Positions 9,673-17,557 are shown, counted from the stretch's first letter. The stretch is 64,000 bases of DNA from a virus (IMGVR_UViG_3300037067_009230:12156-76155); one strand, 5' to 3'. The notes: a model not told the origin generated them from the letters alone. Made by a program: numbers and translations.

Positions 9673-10185
9673 ATGAGAGAAATAAAATTCAGGGGTAAAA
9701 GAATTGACAATGGGGAGTGGGTTTTTGGTGGGTTTCATGAGCATAAAAATGTAATGCTTTGCATCGCATCAGAAGAGGAAATTAAAAACAACCTAAAAGC
9801 TCTTATTCTTGTAGACGGGATGAGTGATTGGAATTTACCAGTTCCAATAAATGTTATCGAAGTAGACCCTAAATCTGTAGGTCAATTTACAGGGCTTAAA
9901 GACAAAAACGGAAAAGAGATTTATGAGGGGGATATTGTTAAAAGTATGATAGAAGATTACTCCATAATGGATGATTGGGATAACAACGACCCTAGATGGG
10001 AACAACAACTTCCAACTATTGAAGATAATCGAGATGTAGTTACTCTGGAAAGATTTAGATTTTGGTTAAAGAACGAGGAGTTTGGCTATGAAGGTGAAGA
10101 TATTCAAAATTCCGACTATTATGAAATCATCGGTAATATTTATGATAATCCTGAACTTTTAATAAAAAATATTGATAAATATTAG
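9673..10185 (+). CDS. YopX family protein
   Basis: MREIKFRGKRIDNGEWVFG...VGQFTGLKDKNGKEIYEGDIV...EIIGNIYDNPELL. Confidence 0.9.
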   Translation: MREIKFRGKRIDNGEWVFGGFHEHKNVMLCIASEEEIKNNLKALILVDGMSDWNLPVPINVIEVDPKSVGQFTGLKDKNGKEIYEGDIVKSMIEDYSIMDDWDNNDPRWEQQLPTIEDNRDVVTLERFRFWLKNEEFGYEGEDIQNSDYYEIIGNIYDNPELLIKNIDKY

Positions 10186-10205
10186 GATTATATCCTAAAA
10201 CATTA

Positions 10206-10230
10206 TACATTTGTATCACGTTCATTGAAG
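10206..10230 (+). promoter_or_regulatory. -7 box TACATTTG plus boxA-like CGTTCATTGAAG
   Basis: TAnnTTTG at 10206-10213, followed 6 nt later by a boxA-like sequence, upstream of the tRNA. Confidence 0.5.
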
Positions 10231-10284
10231 TTTTAACGGCATGGTGGTGATTATAAAGAATATTAAGGTTTTAATCATTTAAAT

Positions 10285-10357
10285 TGCGGGTTACGCAGGA
10301 GGGGTTCCTCGAAGGGCTCATATCCCTTGCACAGTAGTTCGAGTCTACTACCCGCAA
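10285..10357 (+). tRNA. tRNA-Met(CAT), initiator-like
   Basis: Acceptor TGCGGGT/ACCCGCA; anticodon stem AAGGG/CCCTT with three G-C pairs and loop CTCATAT; T-arm AGTAG-TTCGAGT-CTACT. D-arm is atypical and CCA is not encoded. Confidence 0.85.
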
Positions 10358-10383
10358 CAAGGGATTGTTGATCCACAGGTGAG

Positions 10384-10572
10384 ATGATCCCCTTTAATTT
10401 AAAAATTTTAATTCTTCCATATATGCCACAAGGTTATCTTGATATGAAGCATGAGTTTATGCGTAAGGGGATGAGTGAGAAAGCAGCTGCAACCAAGGCC
10501 GCTAAGATATGGAACTCTAAGCATAAAGGGGGTGAGACTGTTGGTAGAGGTAGAGAGGATAAAGGTAAATAA
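10384..10572 (+). CDS. Small basic protein (probable start 10423)
   Basis: MPQGYLDMKHEF...AATKAAKIWNSKH, followed by hairpins. Confidence 0.5.
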   Translation: MIPFNLKILILPYMPQGYLDMKHEFMRKGMSEKAAATKAAKIWNSKHKGGETVGRGREDKGK

Positions 10573-10672
10573 TAAGTTTTTGTGTTTCTTCAGTTTGGGT
10601 GTGTTCGGGGCCGGAGTGGTTAACCGGCCCTTCTTTGAAAGGCTGTTATTTCATTATATTGCTGATTCGGAT

Positions 10673-10718
10673 GAGTATCCCAGCTTGAGCCCTTGGGAGT
10701 TCGCTGGGGTACTTTTTT
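10673..10718 (+). terminator. Putative intrinsic terminator
   Basis: GTATCCCAGC...GCTGGGGTAC stem followed by TTTTTT. Confidence 0.55.
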
Positions 10719-10869
10719 AAACTTTAAACTTTCTGTATGATGCATTCACAAAGAATTAAAAAAGATAAACCACCTAAGTTACCGCCTAATACAGAGTTTA
10801 AACTTAACTTAGTAACTCTTGTAAAATTTATTATATCTATCAAGAAATTCTTACATAAACAGAAAAATC

Positions 10870-11664
10870 ATGTGCTTCAAAAAACCAAACTTTATTTTCA
10901 CAGAACCATTTGACTTCAGATTAATATCTGCTACCATCAATGATTATCCGGGTAGTATGAATGATCTCCGTGGGTGTAACAATGACGGTAGGCTTGTTAA
11001 AGATACCGTTCTATCTTATAAATACAATGCTGATGTTCTCAGGCTTATTGATTCTCAGGCTACTGTATCTGCTGTTACTAATGCTATTAGCAGTGCTATA
11101 TCCCTACTTAAACCGGGAGCCATAGTGTGTATATTGGCTGATTCATGTTTTTCAGGTGATATTACCAGACTTATGATGAATTTCATGGGTAGTATTCCTA
11201 CACCTGAAAATTATAAGAGAAACAGATTTTATCAAACTCCGGGAGTCGTTCCTACGGTTAATTATCCACTCTTTCATAAATCAGGTGATATTCGTTGGAT
11301 AGCAATGGGTGGATGTGGCAAAGTAGCTTACAGTGCTGATGCTTATATCAATGGGGATTATTATGGAGCATTTACTTACTATGCCATGAACTCACTCCGT
11401 TTTGATATGACTTATAGGCAGTGGTATGAAGCGATTAAAAAATATCTTCCAAGTAGTTTATTTGAACAAGATCCTACATTTATGGGACCGGATGATTTAC
11501 TTGACTCAATAATTGGCTACAGGCAGACTCTATGGATTCATAATAGCAGCCACGGTACCCAACTTAACGGAACAAACGGGGATTCTGTAGATGAAGCTAT
11601 TTGTTTGTATGATGGCAATCTCAGAGATAAGGTGTATTATAATATCTTAAATAAGTTAAAATAG
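10870..11664 (+). CDS. Metacaspase/peptidase C14 family protein with rearranged catalytic His segment
   Basis: INDYPG...LRGCNND, ILADSCFSG (Cys93), SADAYING.YYGAFTY, QDP, and C-terminal HNSSHGTQ (His228)...DEAICLYD. Confidence 0.85.
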   Translation: MCFKKPNFIFTEPFDFRLISATINDYPGSMNDLRGCNNDGRLVKDTVLSYKYNADVLRLIDSQATVSAVTNAISSAISLLKPGAIVCILADSCFSGDITRLMMNFMGSIPTPENYKRNRFYQTPGVVPTVNYPLFHKSGDIRWIAMGGCGKVAYSADAYINGDYYGAFTYYAMNSLRFDMTYRQWYEAIKKYLPSSLFEQDPTFMGPDDLLDSIIGYRQTLWIHNSSHGTQLNGTNGDSVDEAICLYDGNLRDKVYYNILNKLK

Positions 11665-11669
11665 AGATT

Positions 11670-11891
11670 ATGAAAAATATTATAGTCATCTTGGAAAAGT
11701 CAGAAGACAATTATTCAGCATATATTCCTGCATTAGATGGATGTGTAGCCACAGGTGATACATTTCATCAAGTTAAGCAGAGAATTGAAGAAGCTGTGGA
11801 GTTTCATCTTGACGGAATGAAAGAAGAGGGGTTAGATATTCCTGAATTATTTCAAAGTGATTATGATTTCGTTTATAAAATCGAAGAATAA
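11670..11891 (+). CDS. hicB: HicB-family antitoxin (orphan)
   Basis: EKSEDNYSAYIPALDGCVATGDT...IEEAVEFHLDGMKEEGLDIP. No hicA nearby. Confidence 0.85.
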   Translation: MKNIIVILEKSEDNYSAYIPALDGCVATGDTFHQVKQRIEEAVEFHLDGMKEEGLDIPELFQSDYDFVYKIEE

Positions 11892-12080
11892 TATGATCTG
11901 TATCTACCAAATTCTTTAAAAACTGAAATTGTAGTAACTGCTAATATTAGGGAATGGAGAACCATATTTAAACAGCGTACTGCTTCTGGGGCTCATCCTC
12001 AAATGAGGGAGTTGATGTGCCCTCTTTTAGAGGAATTGAAAACAAATATTCCAGTAGTATTTAATGATATACTTTATTAA
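11892..12080 (+). pseudogene. thyX: C-terminal remnant of FAD-dependent thymidylate synthase ThyX
   Basis: 62 codons with no start, translated by hand: YLPNSLKTEIVVTANIREWRTIFKQRTASGAHPQMRELMCPLLEELKTNIPVVFNDI. Confidence 0.8.
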
Positions 12081-12092
12081 AAATAAATTATT

Positions 12093-12557
12093 ATGAAAAA
12101 GTACTTTTTAATTTTATCTTTTGCCCTACTTACATTAGTAGGATCAGCTCAGGTAAGTAATCTATTTAAACCAATAGATAATGTTCTACTGGTTAGCAAT
12201 AACAGATCTCTTGTTAACAATAGAGGTATTCTGGATAATGTAGCTATGAGATTGAATGTGGGAGTGACTACTACCCAGAGTACTTATGTAAACACTGAAG
12301 ATAAGTTATTTGATAGTCATCCTATGGCTGCTGTTGGATTCGGCTTTGGTTTGCAGCACTATGTAGCCAGACCCAATGGAGAATTATTTAATGACTACGG
12401 AGCTAATCTACTTCTGCTTGTACCCACTGGTGTTGAAGGTTCAAAGGGTATGGGAGTGGGCTTATTTGGGAATGTAGATAAGTTCCAGCTTGGTGTGGAT
12501 TACAATTTCACATTAAAGAAAGTTAGTTTAGATACCGGGATAACACTTAAATTTTAA
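12093..12557 (+). CDS. Exported outer-membrane beta-barrel-like protein
   Basis: Sec signal peptide, alternating beta-strand pattern and C-terminal Phe (GITLKF). Confidence 0.6.
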   Translation: MKKYFLILSFALLTLVGSAQVSNLFKPIDNVLLVSNNRSLVNNRGILDNVAMRLNVGVTTTQSTYVNTEDKLFDSHPMAAVGFGFGLQHYVARPNGELFNDYGANLLLLVPTGVEGSKGMGVGLFGNVDKFQLGVDYNFTLKKVSLDTGITLKF

Positions 12558-12562
12558 GAGTT

Positions 12563-12883
12563 ATGTGTGACGGAAATTTAGCAATGGCAGAAACTTTGAA
12601 TAACGCAGAACCAACCCAATTGGGTATAGGTGCAGTTAGCAGTAGTGCTTTTGTTAATAGAGAAGGTATTGTTTTGAAAGTTGGTATGAAAGTAAAAGGA
12701 TTTATTACATATCAACGCTCATATATGAGAACTGGTGACAAAGACATCACTGGTACTATTGTAAGCAAACATGGGAGATTGTATGTAAATAGCGATTCTG
12801 AACCCGAAAAGAACTATCCACTTTCAAAATTTGCTCACAATTGGCTAACTCAAAATAAAATTGCATGGTTGGATGTTCTTTAG
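12563..12883 (+). CDS. Cassette-borne hypothetical protein (cassette C1)
   Basis: N-terminus QLGIGAVSS is encoded by an attC-like right arm. Body is bounded by GTTAG(12635) and CTAAC(12896). Confidence 0.65.
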   Translation: MCDGNLAMAETLNNAEPTQLGIGAVSSSAFVNREGIVLKVGMKVKGFITYQRSYMRTGDKDITGTIVSKHGRLYVNSDSEPEKNYPLSKFAHNWLTQNKIAWLDVL

Positions 12884-12959
12884 CATTGCACCTAACGGAC
12901 AGCGGTAAGAGTAGGCCGCTTTGTAGACTGCTCAAATTTAGTAACAGCCTTTCTGCGGT

Positions 12960-13274
12960 ATGCTTTATGACCGCTTGTTAGGCACAGTACATTTTATTAT
13001 GATTTCAATTAAAAAAGCAGATTGGACAAAGAAAAGAGAATACTCAAAAGAAATGAAACTTGATGGATTTATTTCTTCCGTAGAATTAAGCGGAATGCAC
13101 TTTACTCAGATTGATTCACTCGGAATTGATTCTCGAAAATTAGATAATCCAAAAATACTTAAACAGAAATTTGAAGCAGATAATAATTTGCGTTGTATCT
13201 GTTTGGATTACGGAGGCAGAACTAAAAAATATTGGTACAAAGTTGGCGACTTGCGGAAGTTGTATTGTGCCTAA
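12960..13274 (+). CDS. Cassette-borne hypothetical protein (cassette C2; alternative start 12999)
   Basis: Stop TAA lies inside the terminal CTAAC box. Confidence 0.65.
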   Translation: MLYDRLLGTVHFIMISIKKADWTKKREYSKEMKLDGFISSVELSGMHFTQIDSLGIDSRKLDNPKILKQKFEADNNLRCICLDYGGRTKKYWYKVGDLRKLYCA

Positions 13275-13328
13275 CTAGCTAGTAAACATACTAAAGGTAT
13301 GTTTACTATACAAAAATCAGTAAATAAA
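13273..13328 (+). repeat. 56-bp attI-like array-terminal element, copy 1
   Basis: AACTAGCTAGTAAACATAC-TAAAG-GTATGTTTACTATACAAAAATCAGTAAATAAA; three copies in the window. Confidence 0.9.
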
Positions 13329-13363
13329 TACACTTTTAAGGCTAACAAAATAATCAGGTAATT

Positions 13364-13645
13364 ATGGAAAATAAAACATTATTAGTAATCATTCCGGGAC
13401 GAAATACCAAAAAGAGTATATTCAGTTTACTTGTAGCCGAGACGGGTGAGTTTTTAACATCTCGTTTCTGTACCAATTCTGATTTTGCTTATGGTGATTT
13501 ATACTTAACCAGGGAGGATAAAGTAAAAGAATATAAAGAACGCTTTGGAGAAGTTGAGGTGAAGTACATAGATGAGACAGATATCTCAGTAGCCGAATTA
13601 AAATCCCGGAACAAGAAGTGGTTTGAATCATTACCGAAAAAATGA
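13364..13645 (+). CDS. Hypothetical protein, tandem paralogue A
   Basis: KTLLVI.PGR...LLVAETGE.L.S..C.N..FA..DLY...KE.KERFGE shared with the next ORF. Confidence 0.7.
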   Translation: MENKTLLVIIPGRNTKKSIFSLLVAETGEFLTSRFCTNSDFAYGDLYLTREDKVKEYKERFGEVEVKYIDETDISVAELKSRNKKWFESLPKK

Positions 13646-13649
13646 AATT

Positions 13650-13856
13650 ATGAAAACACTATTAGTTATTGATCCAGGTAGAGATGTAATGTATGATTGC
13701 GTATTTCATTTATTGGTTGCTGAGACTGGGGAACATTTAGCATCTCATTTATGTAGTAATTATGGGTTTGCTAAATCAGACTTATATGAAGGGAGGCCAG
13801 AACGTATAAAAGAATTTAAGGAGAGATTTGGTGAAATAGAGATAATAATTCATTGA
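13650..13856 (+). CDS. Hypothetical protein, tandem paralogue B (shorter)
   Basis: Homologous to 13364..13645; start chosen by alignment. Confidence 0.65.
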   Translation: MKTLLVIDPGRDVMYDCVFHLLVAETGEHLASHLCSNYGFAKSDLYEGRPERIKEFKERFGEIEIIIH

Positions 13857-14179
13857 TGAAACCAATATCTCACCAAATGAATTATTATCTCGAAACAAAA
13901 AATGGTATGAATCTTTATCAAAAACAGAATAATATGAGCATATATACAATTGAAAGACAATTAAGTGACAAAGCGGATAAATGGGAACTGCATAATGTCC
14001 AAAATGAGAACAGGGAATTAAAAAACCAAATCAATGAACTTGAAAGAAAAATTGGACAACTTGAAAGTGTAAATAGTAACAGATATTATGCACTTGAACA
14101 GCTTTTTAATATACTTGCGGAACATCCAGAATTCTCTGATGTATCAGATCAACTTTATACGTTAAGGAGTAATCTTTAA
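13853..14179 (+). CDS. Coiled-coil hypothetical protein
   Basis: ORF track; heptad pattern. Confidence 0.5.
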   Translation: MMKPISHQMNYYLETKNGMNLYQKQNNMSIYTIERQLSDKADKWELHNVQNENRELKNQINELERKIGQLESVNSNRYYALEQLFNILAEHPEFSDVSDQLYTLRSNL

Positions 14180-14191
14180 TTATTATAAGTT

Positions 14192-14356
14192 ATGACAAGA
14201 GAATTGGGTTATTACTGGGTACAATGGGACATCAAAGATAATTGGCTAATATTCTGGTTTAATGGTGGATATTGGCAATGCTGTGCAATGGGTAGAATTG
14301 AACTTAATGACAAAAATATATTGTCAATTGATGAACATAGACTTTACCATAAGTAA
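14192..14356 (+). CDS. Small Trp-rich hypothetical protein (54 aa, not in ORF track)
   Basis: Translated by hand: MTRELGYYWVQW...IDEHRLYHK. Confidence 0.55.
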   Translation: MTRELGYYWVQWDIKDNWLIFWFNGGYWQCCAMGRIELNDKNILSIDEHRLYHK

Positions 14357-14368
14357 AAAATTGATTAT

Positions 14369-14581
14369 ATGATAACTATTAAAGTAAAAGGGTGTGTTAA
14401 GGAAACAACGAATGGTTATATAAAACCAGAATGTCCATGTGTGTGGCCCAATAAGAATGGAGAATGGCATTGTCAGTTTGGTTGTTTTCTATCATTTACC
14501 ATATTACATACAAAAGCTCCATCTGATTGTCCATTAAGAGAGGGAGGTGTTGAGATTATCTTAAGCGAAAGCGGGGGGTGA
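14369..14581 (+). CDS. Small Cys-rich hypothetical protein
   Basis: ECPC...WHCQFGC...PSDCPL. Confidence 0.55.
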   Translation: MITIKVKGCVKETTNGYIKPECPCVWPNKNGEWHCQFGCFLSFTILHTKAPSDCPLREGGVEIILSESGG

Positions 14582-14605
14582 AAAATAAAATCTATAATTA
14601 TTTAA

Positions 14606-14637
14606 AAAGGCTCTCATATTAGGGAGCCTTTCTTTTT
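14606..14637 (+). terminator. Intrinsic terminator
   Basis: AAAGGCTCTC-ATATTA-GGGAGCCTTT-CTTTTT at the end of the operon. Confidence 0.8.
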
Positions 14638-15415
14638 ATATCTTATATGGAAGATAGTAGAATCGTTTCCTGACCCTTCTGGGCCCTTTTAACGAGTTCA
14701 CATGCATACAGAGTATACCAGCCGCCTCTTTCTTTGTCCGGACCACCAGAGTCTCCTTAGGGGCTTCTAAGTCAATAACAATGTGTCGTAGGTGTTTCAT
14801 TCAAACATAGCTTTATCTATTCTGGCAAACAGATCCTTCTCCTTAAGGGTATTCTTAAGACACTGCCCAAGGAGCCTACAGCTTACACAAGAGCCAAATT
14901 CCTTACTATCATCCTTATTTGCTTTACACAGGGCACAGTAGATACTCCTGCAGGCTACGTGGATAAATTTTCTCATGATCTTTTTTATTGGTTTATGCAA
15001 AGATAAGTAAAATTGTGTATTCTCTAAGTGGGTTTTACACATTTTCATCAAAATTATTGGGAAATATGGGTATATTTTATGTTATATAACATGTTTTTAT
15101 AGGATATGTGCACATTTTCCACTTTTCTATGCGTGATGTACAGGTTATCGGGGTGGTCCCCTACCCCCTTTGTGTGTTACTGTGGAGGTTTTACACAATT
15201 TCAGGGTGAAATAGGGTCCCATATTCGGATAAAAAGGCATTTTTCTACTTAAAAAGAGGTGAGATCGGGGAATTTCCACTTTTCCATGGGTGGGGGACTA
15301 TCCATCCGATTCACCCCCTGCCCTGCTCTGAGGGAAAACTCGATCCTAAAACCGCTCTCGAATACGACCGGGTCCCCTTTGTCTAATAGATTGACATACA
15401 GCAACATACGTTTCT

Positions 15416-15443
15416 ATTTTACATAATGTTAATTATCGGACAC
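15416..15443 (-). other. XerCD dif-like recombination site
   Basis: Minus strand GTGTCCGATAA-TTAACA-TTATGTAAAAT is 11-6-11; the XerD arm is one mismatch from TTATGTTAAAT. Confidence 0.75.
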
Positions 15444-15673
15444 AAACATATTAAAACGCTTATTTTCAGGCTGTTATATGAATATTTGGGCAATATGACA
15501 GGAAACTGAGAAAATCATAGAGACATTAATAAAAGCGTAGGGGGTGCATAATCCTAATTCTATTTTTACAACTAGACAAATAATATGTTATAAAATATGT
15601 TTTACCTGCATTATATGTTATATAACATATTTTATAAATTGTAACTGACTGATACACAGTATAAAGTAAATAC

Positions 15674-15762
15674 CTGTAAATAATAGAGGATATAAAAGTC
15701 TTTTATTATTTATTACTTATACTATATAATAAAGGATCACTGTAAATAATAGAGGATATAAA
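15674..15762 (+). repeat. 23-bp direct repeat CTGTAAATAATAGAGGATATAAA x2
   Basis: Identical copies at 15674-15696 and 15740-15762. Confidence 0.85.
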
Positions 15763-15984
15763 GATCCGAATATATTTTATTATGGCAATATAAAAATAAT
15801 TGAAAATTATTACTCTCAATATCAGTAACTTATAAATAAAATGAAAATATTTTGAAAAATACCTATTAAAATATATTAATAAAGTAAAACTAAACGTCTC
15901 AAACGTTCACCCTGTGTGGTTTTGCACACGCAGAATTTTTATATTTTATTCCTTAAAAACTATGTAACTCACTGATAATCAGTC

Positions 15985-16033
15985 TTGACATTACATATCT
16001 TAATATTATATCTTTGCTACATGTTCTTTGACA
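15985..16033 (+). promoter_or_regulatory. Early promoter TTG-N21-TATCTTTG plus boxA-like TGTTCTTTGACA
   Basis: Bacteroidota consensus; boxA-like sequence is two mismatches from E. coli rrn boxA TGCTCTTTAACA. Confidence 0.65.
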
Positions 16034-16050
16034 TATGAAATAAAATATCA

Positions 16051-16091
16051 TCCCTGGCAGTTAAGCTGTGGCATTCGATCGCAACCAGGGA
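16051..16091 (+). ncRNA. Armless tRNA-like hairpin, copy 1 (divergent)
   Basis: TCCCTGG/CCAGGGA stem enclosing a short hairpin and a TTCGAT loop. Confidence 0.35.
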
Positions 16092-16123
16092 ACTAATTAT
16101 TAACCACTTTAATACTTAAAAAT

Positions 16124-16351
16124 ATGAATAAAAAATTATTTGAGTCTATTATAGACAAACATAATGCAGGCATGTTTAATATCTCACGCTTAGAGTATTC
16201 GAGTGAACACGAAGAAGCAAAACAAATGCTTAATAAATTAAATAAAAAAAATTTAATTCACTTTGTTAATTATCTTACATGGTATAATGGTCAGTTATAT
16301 GTAGGGATAAATGGTAAAGGCGAATTTGATTTATTTGATCTTCCAAAATAA
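16124..16351 (+). CDS. Early hypothetical protein
   Basis: First ORF after the early promoter. Confidence 0.65.
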   Translation: MNKKLFESIIDKHNAGMFNISRLEYSSEHEEAKQMLNKLNKKNLIHFVNYLTWYNGQLYVGINGKGEFDLFDLPK

Positions 16352-16378
16352 TTATTAACCACTTTAATACTTACTAAC

Positions 16379-16675
16379 ATGAAAACAATAGATTTTAAAC
16401 GTATTAACAAGGACGTTAACGGAAATCCTCGTTATGTATGTCATTATTCAGAGTTTATAACTGATAAGGATAGGGAAAATTTTCCTTACAAGCAACAAAT
16501 ATTTAAAGTAAATGGTTACTTAGATAATCTTTATAAAATTGCTCTAAATAGGGCTAAAACCCTTGGGGGTCGCAAATTCCACAATAAACAGTATGGCGGT
16601 GGGATTGTATTTCAATCTTATAATATCATATATTTGCAAAATAGTATCTTTGAATTAATGAAAAAATATGAATAA
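16379..16675 (+). CDS. Early hypothetical protein
   Basis: FKRINKDVNGNPRY...GGGIVFQSYN. Confidence 0.7.
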   Translation: MKTIDFKRINKDVNGNPRYVCHYSEFITDKDRENFPYKQQIFKVNGYLDNLYKIALNRAKTLGGRKFHNKQYGGGIVFQSYNIIYLQNSIFELMKKYE

Positions 16676-16704
16676 TGAAAACACAAACCAAAAAATCAAT
16701 CATT

Positions 16705-16977
16705 ATGAAAACTTTAGAAAATTTAATCAACGAAAAAACCTACCAAGTCATTGACCAAGTTTCAAATCGCTTCAATTTTTGCGAATTAGTCGACATTGAC
16801 AAACAACTTATTGAATATGCTGAAAATGGCACAGAATACGAATTAACTGAACAATTACCAGAAGATGTAAAAAGAGCAGTTGATACAATGATTACAAACG
16901 ATGTAAAAATTGAAGATTTTACAGGTGTTGTAAGATTTGAAAATGAAGATACTACTTATTATTTATTGACTTGGTAA
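16705..16977 (+). CDS. Hypothetical protein (start set by the repeated 31-bp leader)
   Basis: Leader identical to that of 19051..19149. Confidence 0.6.
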   Translation: MKTLENLINEKTYQVIDQVSNRFNFCELVDIDKQLIEYAENGTEYELTEQLPEDVKRAVDTMITNDVKIEDFTGVVRFENEDTTYYLLTW

Positions 16978-16978
16978 T

Positions 16979-17164
16979 ATGCTAAAACTTGAAGAAATAA
17001 GGGCGTTTTTAACCGAACGCCCTCTTCTTACTCAACGAGGTTTGAGTTTAGAAAGTGGCATATCTGACAGCCTTTTAGGCAAGATTTTAAGAGGTCAAAG
17101 AAATATGACCGAAGATGTTTCCGACAAGTTAGAACCGATACTCCGCAAGTACGGGTTTAAATAG
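16979..17164 (+). CDS. XRE/Cro-like HTH protein
   Basis: LTQRGLSLESGISDSLLGKILRGQRNMT. Confidence 0.8.
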   Translation: MLKLEEIRAFLTERPLLTQRGLSLESGISDSLLGKILRGQRNMTEDVSDKLEPILRKYGFK

Positions 17165-17246
17165 CAGTTAACGTTAAATGTTTGTGCAGTTGGGGATTAT
17201 AAACCACTGCACTGTCAAAATAGTACTAACTTAATAAATACAGATT

Positions 17247-17549
17247 ATGAGCGAATTAGCACAAGACCCCCAATTGCATAAACATATTGTTGTGCGTAGT
17301 TATTTATCATTCTTTGCAGAAAAACACAAGTGCCACATTGATAAAATAATGGTTGGAATGGTTGGGGGTGATTTGCATGTATGGAAATACGACGAAGGCG
17401 CAGCAAATATTTTTACACAACTCGAAATCATATCCAATTTTGAGACTGATGATAGAAAATGGATTTGTCAATTATGTGGCGAATTAGTTAACGGTAGAAA
17501 TGTAACATTTGAAGAATATCACGAAGGTTGTGGTGGCCTCTGTGTATAA
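17247..17549 (+). CDS. Cassette-borne protein with C-terminal Zn-ribbon-like motif
   Basis: ATG lies in the hairpin loop; CQLCG...HEGCGGLC. Confidence 0.65.
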   Translation: MSELAQDPQLHKHIVVRSYLSFFAEKHKCHIDKIMVGMVGGDLHVWKYDEGAANIFTQLEIISNFETDDRKWICQLCGELVNGRNVTFEEYHEGCGGLCV

Positions 17550-17557
17550 TTACGCAC

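Larger units (their letters stand above)
12609..13328 (+). mobile_element. Integron-like cassette array 1 (half-site, C1, attC-like site 12892-12981, C2, attI-like element)
   Basis: Cassette-end inverted repeats: C2 14/15 (gttaggcacagtaca / tgtattgtgcctaac); C1 pairs with a 2-nt bubble. Confidence 0.75.

Noticed and set aside
14797-15051. Cys-rich minus-strand ORF in the non-coding region
   Set aside because: Isolated, no clear promoter or family motif; cannot be supported without homologues.
15060-15092. Second dif-like site at TTATGTTATAT
   Set aside because: The XerD-like arm is present but there is no XerC arm ending in ATAA at 6-bp spacing; it is part of the 14-bp palindrome.
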